NCBI GenBank assembly: GCA_910592345.1
Contig: CAJVPI010000234.1
Span: 1 to 40,532, forward strand
DNA: 40,532 nt
Direction of reading: 5' to 3'
Source of the DNA: Paraglomus brasilianum
Taxonomy: Eukaryota
In this document: positions 36,135 to 40,532 of the stretch, in pieces
Numbering within the stretch: the first letter of the stretch is position 1
Layout of the letters: every line of letters starts with the position of its first letter
The notes under the pieces: generated by a model
The model's database searches: none
The model's input: only the letters and a program-made list of their open reading frames with translations
What the model was told of the DNA's origin: nothing
Position numbers and translations under genes: made by a program

Positions 36135-36542
36135 ATGAATAACTATAACCATTTACTTATTGGCTTTTTTGAAAATAGCGAACTTCTTCAAGAATTAGCT
36201 CGGCGAATAAAAGATAAAAGAATTAGGTTTACTCAGAGACTAGAAGGTCAATGTATTGGAGGCTTGTTGTCCTGAGGTGAATCTGATAAATATTGGCTAG
36301 ATTTAACCGGATTAGATAGAGAACTTGGGCAATATTGGAAAACTCATTGACACACTTTGAAAACTGAGCCAAAAGAAAACCAAGAAAAAGCCATCTTCAA
36401 CTGCCAAGAGTGTAATGCTCCGATAAAGTTATCTCCTGTTGATGAAAAAGGTCAGCAAGTTTTAGAATTCTACGGTAAATGAACTGGTCAAGGACACAAC
36501 CTAGTTTGCCAAAAGTGTCTTGAAAAGAAAGAAACCAAATAA
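36135..36542 (+). CDS. Hypothetical Zn-ribbon protein (135 aa)
   Basis: CQEC...CQKC; open in code 4. Confidence 0.65.
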
Positions 36543-36544
36543 TT

Positions 36545-36661
36545 ATGAAACCTCCTAAATGTTCCACTTGCCGAAATCGAACTGAACTAGTCATTTGCTA
36601 TTGTCAAGAACCCCAAAAAGTCTATTTTTGCTGAACTTGCCACAGGCACTACCCTAACTAA
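36545..36661 (+). CDS. Tiny Cys-rich protein (38 aa)
   Basis: MKPPKCSTCRNRTELVICYCQEPQKVYFCWTCHRHYPN. Confidence 0.55.
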
Positions 36662-36662
36662 T

Positions 36663-36863
36663 ATGAACGAACTACTTATTTTTTTTATCAAAGGACTAAT
36701 TATCATGTTCCTCGTTGTCTTAGGCTTATTTTTACTGAGAAGAATGAGGAGGATTTTAGACTGATTGTTGGCTGGCTGAATAATCTTGGCTATTTTGGTT
36801 TTTTTTCTGCTTCCGCTAATTTTAGTAATCTGAGTTATTGTTTATTTAGCAAAGGGGAGTTAG
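36663..36863 (+). CDS. Small two-TM membrane protein (66 aa)
   Basis: Two hydrophobic helices separated by RRMRR. Confidence 0.6.
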
Positions 36864-36899
36864 AATTCTCCCTTATCAAAAACACTAATCACTATGCCC

Positions 36900-37285
36900 T
36901 AACTGAGGCTAAACCTTGGAAAGGGCCTGTTTTACCAGGGACAGAAAAAGCATTAACGCTAATTCGGAAGCAATAAGATGCACCAGTAAGAAATTATTGG
37001 CAGAGAAGCCCACCTCCTCCGAAATAAAAATGGAGCGTAAAACTGGAAAAGTCTAAGTGACAGAATAACCCGGGTGAAAATAAGCCCGTCAATTATGGAA
37101 ATAGACTAATTTCTAGGGGAGAGATTAAGTAGATGCTTAATGTGCCACTGGCACTAGGAGTCGTGTCTAACCGGTCAAAGTTAGGCCAAAGAAGCGAAGA
37201 GTTGTTAAGGTCTCTGCGAAAAAAAGAAAAACCAACCAAAGGAGGGGGATTTTTAATTTTTTACTCCTCTATTTATTTTTACTTC
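36900..37285 (+). ncRNA. Candidate large structured RNA or leader (or folded ssDNA origin) upstream of Prim-Pol
   Basis: No convincing ORF over ~500 nt; about ten stems, several needing G.U pairs on the + strand; one GAAA tetraloop; terminator-like end. Confidence 0.6.
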
Positions 37286-37360
37286 TTTGTAGAGTAGGAT
37301 ATTATTCATTAGTCTTCTCTCCTAGTCTAGCAAAGAACCGCCCCTATATATAGCAAAAAT

Positions 37361-38182
37361 ATGACTGAAAACAAATTAACTCCCACTGAAACCAAATATT
37401 TAAAAATATTGGCTAAAAAGCATATTCTCTTACCCACTAAACATAAAAAACCTCTGGTGAAAGGCTGGAATAAATATTATGCCGAGTATAGAAGTGTTGA
37501 ACAATTACTCGAACTCAATCAAGAATATTCCCTAAGAACTGGCACCTCCATCGGCAGTTATTACTTTATTGCCATTGACTTAGATGACATTTGAGCCCAA
37601 GAAAGAATCAAAACTAATTGAAAGGTGAAAACTCACCAGGGAATTCACCGCTATTTTTTTATTGGAGAATTACCTAAATCTTGCTGACTAGTTAACCAAG
37701 ATGGAAATAAAATTGGCGAACTGCACAGCAAAGGAAGATTTGTAGTCGGAATTGGCTCTACTCACGAAAAAGGAACTCGTTACACTTTAAAAGGAAAAGT
37801 TAATTTGCCGTGAGGTTCCAAGATAGAAAGTTTGAAAGAATTACAGGAATTCCTAAAAGAAAGAAATATTTTCACTACCCCTTGAAGCAAGGAAGGGGTT
37901 AAGAATATCAGAGATTTAGAACTCTATGAAAAAAAAGAGCCAAAACTTAAACCACTTAGCAAAGAATTCCAGTATTTTCAAAAAAGGAAGAAATTAGAAA
38001 CCAAACTAGCCAAGCATCCTAAAAAGACCAAGTTAAAGTTAAATATCTGTTATATCTGCCTGATCTACTTCCCCAAAGAACCTGAAATTGTAAAAACCCA
38101 TCTCCAAGGAAAACAACACCAAAAAAACTGAAAAATTTATCAAAAAAATAAAGCCAAAATCTCTCCGCAAAATGTGCTATAA
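37361..38182 (+). CDS. Bifunctional primase-polymerase (Prim-Pol/AEP) with C-terminal C2H2 zinc finger (273 aa)
   Basis: KKPLVKGW, LRTG, FIAIDLDD, KTHQGIHRYF, GRFVVGIGSTH...Y; C-terminal CYIC-x13-HLQGKQH. Confidence 0.85.
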
Positions 38183-38254
38183 AGTGGAAAGGAAAGATAA
38201 AATTAGGTTATACTTTACTCTTAACCTTTCTTAAATTGGTAAAGAAAAAAAATA

Positions 38255-38818
38255 ATGGTGGAAAGAAAAAGAAAAGAAAATAAAAAATTAGCAGTTTTAC
38301 CAACTAATCAACTTTTACAGCAAATTTGGGATTACATAGTTAGTAGACCAACCAAAAAAGGAGAATACAAAAAACCAGTGATGGAGTGTTTGTATTTGTT
38401 GGGCTGGAAAGTAGGTTTAAGAATATCCGAAGCCCTTAATTTTGACTTGTCCTTGGAGAATCAGGAACCCGTTTATAAAAACCTTTACTTGCTCAGAGGC
38501 AAAGGCAAAAAAGAAAGATGGGTATATGTGGGTGAAGAAATTGTTAGAGAACTCAAAAAAAGAAACTGACAACCTAACCAAACTAATCGCTTTACTTTTA
38601 GCAAGTTTTTAGAACAAGTAAAAAAAGAGATGAATATTAGTGAAAGGATAGAATTAGCACCGCATACTCTTAGAAGGTGTTTTGCTACTTATCAGGCTAT
38701 TTCAGGAATGCCTTTGCCGGTATTGCAGAAAGTCTTAGGGCATAGTAAGATAAGCACGACTGCCTTATACATTAAAGATTCCGATTTAAGTAATTTAGTA
38801 AAATTTCGTCCTGTGTAG
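38255..38818 (+). CDS. Short tyrosine recombinase, essentially catalytic domain only (187 aa)
   Basis: GLRISEAL, GKGKKER, PHTLRRCFAT, VLGHSKISTTALY; joined across TGA at 38567. Confidence 0.92.
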
Positions 38819-38846
38819 TCACTAGACTCAACTAAAAATAAATAAT

Positions 38847-39140
38847 ATGACTAATATCACCGGTAAAAAACAATTAACCGAAAGAATATCTAAAAAAACT
38901 AAATTTCCCCAAAGTCAAGTATCGCGAATAATAGATGAATTTCTAGAAGAAACCAAAAAATCCCTAATCAAAGGTGAAGAAGTAAGATTATTAGGATACT
39001 TTACTCTGAAAACTGCTATGACTTCACCCCGCATGGCGATGAATTTACAAACTAAGAAAAAAATGAAAGTTCCCGCTAAAAGAGTGCCAAAATGTAAATT
39101 TAGTAGCAGTTTAAAAGAGGAAATTGCGAAGAAAAAATAA
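38847..39140 (+). CDS. HU/IHF-family DNA-binding protein
   Basis: KQLTERIS...LIKGEEVRLLGYFT...RMAMNLQT...VPAKRVPKCKFSSSLKE. Confidence 0.9.
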   Translation: MTNITGKKQLTERISKKTKFPQSQVSRIIDEFLEETKKSLIKGEEVRLLGYFTLKTAMTSPRMAMNLQTKKKMKVPAKRVPKCKFSSSLKEEIAKKK

Positions 39141-39145
39141 ATCAA

Positions 39146-39385
39146 ATGAACCTTACTCGCAACATTAAATCTATCATCACTCTCCGTAAAGAACTCTTAG
39201 ATAAAAATAGAAATAATTATCTCATCTTAGAATTAGATAATGGAGAATCCATTTTTGTTTTTGGAGGCAAATTAAACCAAGAAAGACGGGGCTGACTAAA
39301 AGAAGGAACTGAAATAAACTTTACAGTGGAAGAAGGAAAGCAAGGAGCTAATTTATTAGTAGACTATGAAATTGAGGTAAAATAA
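39146..39385 (+). CDS. Small OB-fold/cold-shock-like protein (79 aa)
   Basis: GESIFVF...LKEGTEINFTVEEGKQG resembles the CSP C-terminal half. Confidence 0.6.
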
Positions 39386-39513
39386 CTAATGTATGTGTTT
39401 AATTAACCAAAAATAAGTTAAAGCGTTTTTTACTGCTACTATTCATTTTACTCTTTGGTGATAAAGAAAATTGAGAATGGCAAGTAAAAAACCAAACCAA
39501 ATTAAGTAATGTT

Positions 39514-39984
39514 ATGGCAACTAAAACTAATAAATTAAAGAATTTGAATGTTAATCCTTTATCAGTAGCGAAGTATTTTTGAAGTAAAGGGGTAGAGGAC
39601 ATGGCTCTTTCGCAACGGCTAATTTACTTTACCTATTTAGAAACCTTAAAGGATGGTTATTTACTTTTTGAAGAGGAATGACAAGCATGGCCTCGTGGTC
39701 CAGCAGTTAAGTCAGTAGCAGATAAAATGTTTGATAATTATGATAAACTTGATAAACTCTTTGTCAAGGTAAAAGATTTAGACAACGAACTAGTTATTAA
39801 CTATGCTACTAAAATCTTTAAGAAGTATCACAACACCGAGCCTTATATCCTTTCTCAAAAAGCCCAAAATAAACCTTGAAAAAATGCTCGTAAACCTTTG
39901 AAATCAGAAAGAGATATTGCTCAAATTCCTTCTGATAGTCTAATCAAATTTACTAATGGCAGAACTTCGCAAATAGCTGCTTAA
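39514..39984 (+). CDS. Panacea (DUF4065/SocA-like) antitoxin (156 aa)
   Basis: VAKYF...QRLIYF...LFEEEWQAWPRGP...PWKNAR motif; absent from the ORF track because of TGA codons. Confidence 0.85.
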
Positions 39985-40458
39985 ATGATTATTGTTTTTG
40001 ATAAATTACTACTGGACTGTATCCATGACCCGGTTTTACATAATAGAATTAGAGAAAGTAAGTTAAGAAGCATCCTAAGTATTCTGTTAAAAAACTTTGC
40101 GGATTATAATGACAAAACCTTATCTGAAATCAAGAAAATGAGGAATTGCCATTTCATTAATTATGGAATCAAAACCAAAGTTATCAAGTTTTTTAACAAG
40201 TATGCTAAAAAAAGTGAGGTTAAGTCATTTGTTTCTTATTCTGACCTTTACCAACTCTCCATTCCTAATACAGAAATCAGACTAATTGGAGATTTACAAC
40301 CTAACTATTTCCACAGCAAAGAAAAAGCCTACAACGACCTCTTCTCCATCCTTTTCATCGACTTCGACCATTCTTTACATAAAAATATTGGTAAATCAAA
40401 GAATAAACAAGCAGAACTAATTTGTATCATGGCTCAAAAAAATTGTTCCGCTTACTAA
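39985..40458 (+). CDS. Putative toxin partner of the Panacea antitoxin, possibly RelE-like fold
   Basis: Abuts the antitoxin stop (TAAATG); LYQLSI...IRLIG...FSILFIDFDH pattern. Confidence 0.6.
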   Translation: MIIVFDKLLLDCIHDPVLHNRIRESKLRSILSILLKNFADYNDKTLSEIKKMRNCHFINYGIKTKVIKFFNKYAKKSEVKSFVSYSDLYQLSIPNTEIRLIGDLQPNYFHSKEKAYNDLFSILFIDFDHSLHKNIGKSKNKQAELICIMAQKNCSAY

Positions 40459-40532
40459 ACCCCCATTTTCTAAAAAATTTTTCTTGAATCTTCAACCATT
40501 TTTTTCTAAATTCCCAAAAAAACCACGCAAAT

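Larger units (their letters stand above)
33700..40532 (+). mobile_element. Integrative plasmid/phage-like element (boundaries not defined)
   Basis: Co-oriented small orphan ORFs, two tyrosine recombinases, Prim-Pol, HU and a TA pair; no capsid or conjugation genes visible. Confidence 0.8.

Noticed and set aside
36900..37285. Identity of the structured region as RNase P RNA, tmRNA, group I intron or retron msr-msd
   Set aside because: No GAGGAAAGUC/P4 motifs and no tRNA-like ends. The P7-like gact/agtc pair lacks a recognisable J8/7 and interrupts no gene. No reverse transcriptase is present in the window.
25725..38818. One 13-kb element bounded by the duplicated recombinase tail
   Set aside because: The two copies differ at many synonymous sites and enclose core genes (topA, tatD), which fits independent insertions better.
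33591..40516. catttt..ctaaattcc at ~33591 and ~40497 as attL/attR
   Set aside because: The match is short, imperfect and low-complexity in an AT-rich genome; it cannot be supported without an empty-site comparison.

Overview
AT-rich Mollicutes chromosome segment using genetic code 4 (TGA=Trp). In-frame TGA codons sit inside rpoA, secY, dnaJ, clpB, topA and others, so the supplied ORF track fragments many intact genes; coordinates below are re-joined by hand. The gene content and style suggest a Mycoplasma-related fungal endobacterium (Ca. Moeniiplasma-like), but this is an inference. Positions 1-33.6 kb hold mostly housekeeping genes: a solitary 16S rRNA gene with no anti-Shine-Dalgarno tail, rpsO, tRNA-Asn/His/Gly, the distal spc/alpha cluster (rpsN to rplQ, with an RpoA lacking its C-terminal domain and a catalytically eroded Adk), clpB-grpE-dnaK-dnaJ, two ABC systems, topA and tatD. 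These are interleaved with tail-anchored orphan proteins, a poly-A-frameshifted Lon-type protease, and the scar of an integrative element (recombinase tail plus decayed higBA). From about 33.7 kb to the end lies an integrative element. It carries small Zn-finger/OB-fold genes, two tyrosine recombinases, HU and a Panacea-type toxin-antitoxin pair. Its most novel-looking part is a ~400-nt highly structured non-coding region directly upstream of a Prim-Pol protein whose C-terminus is a U1/matrin-like C2H2 zinc finger rather than a helicase.
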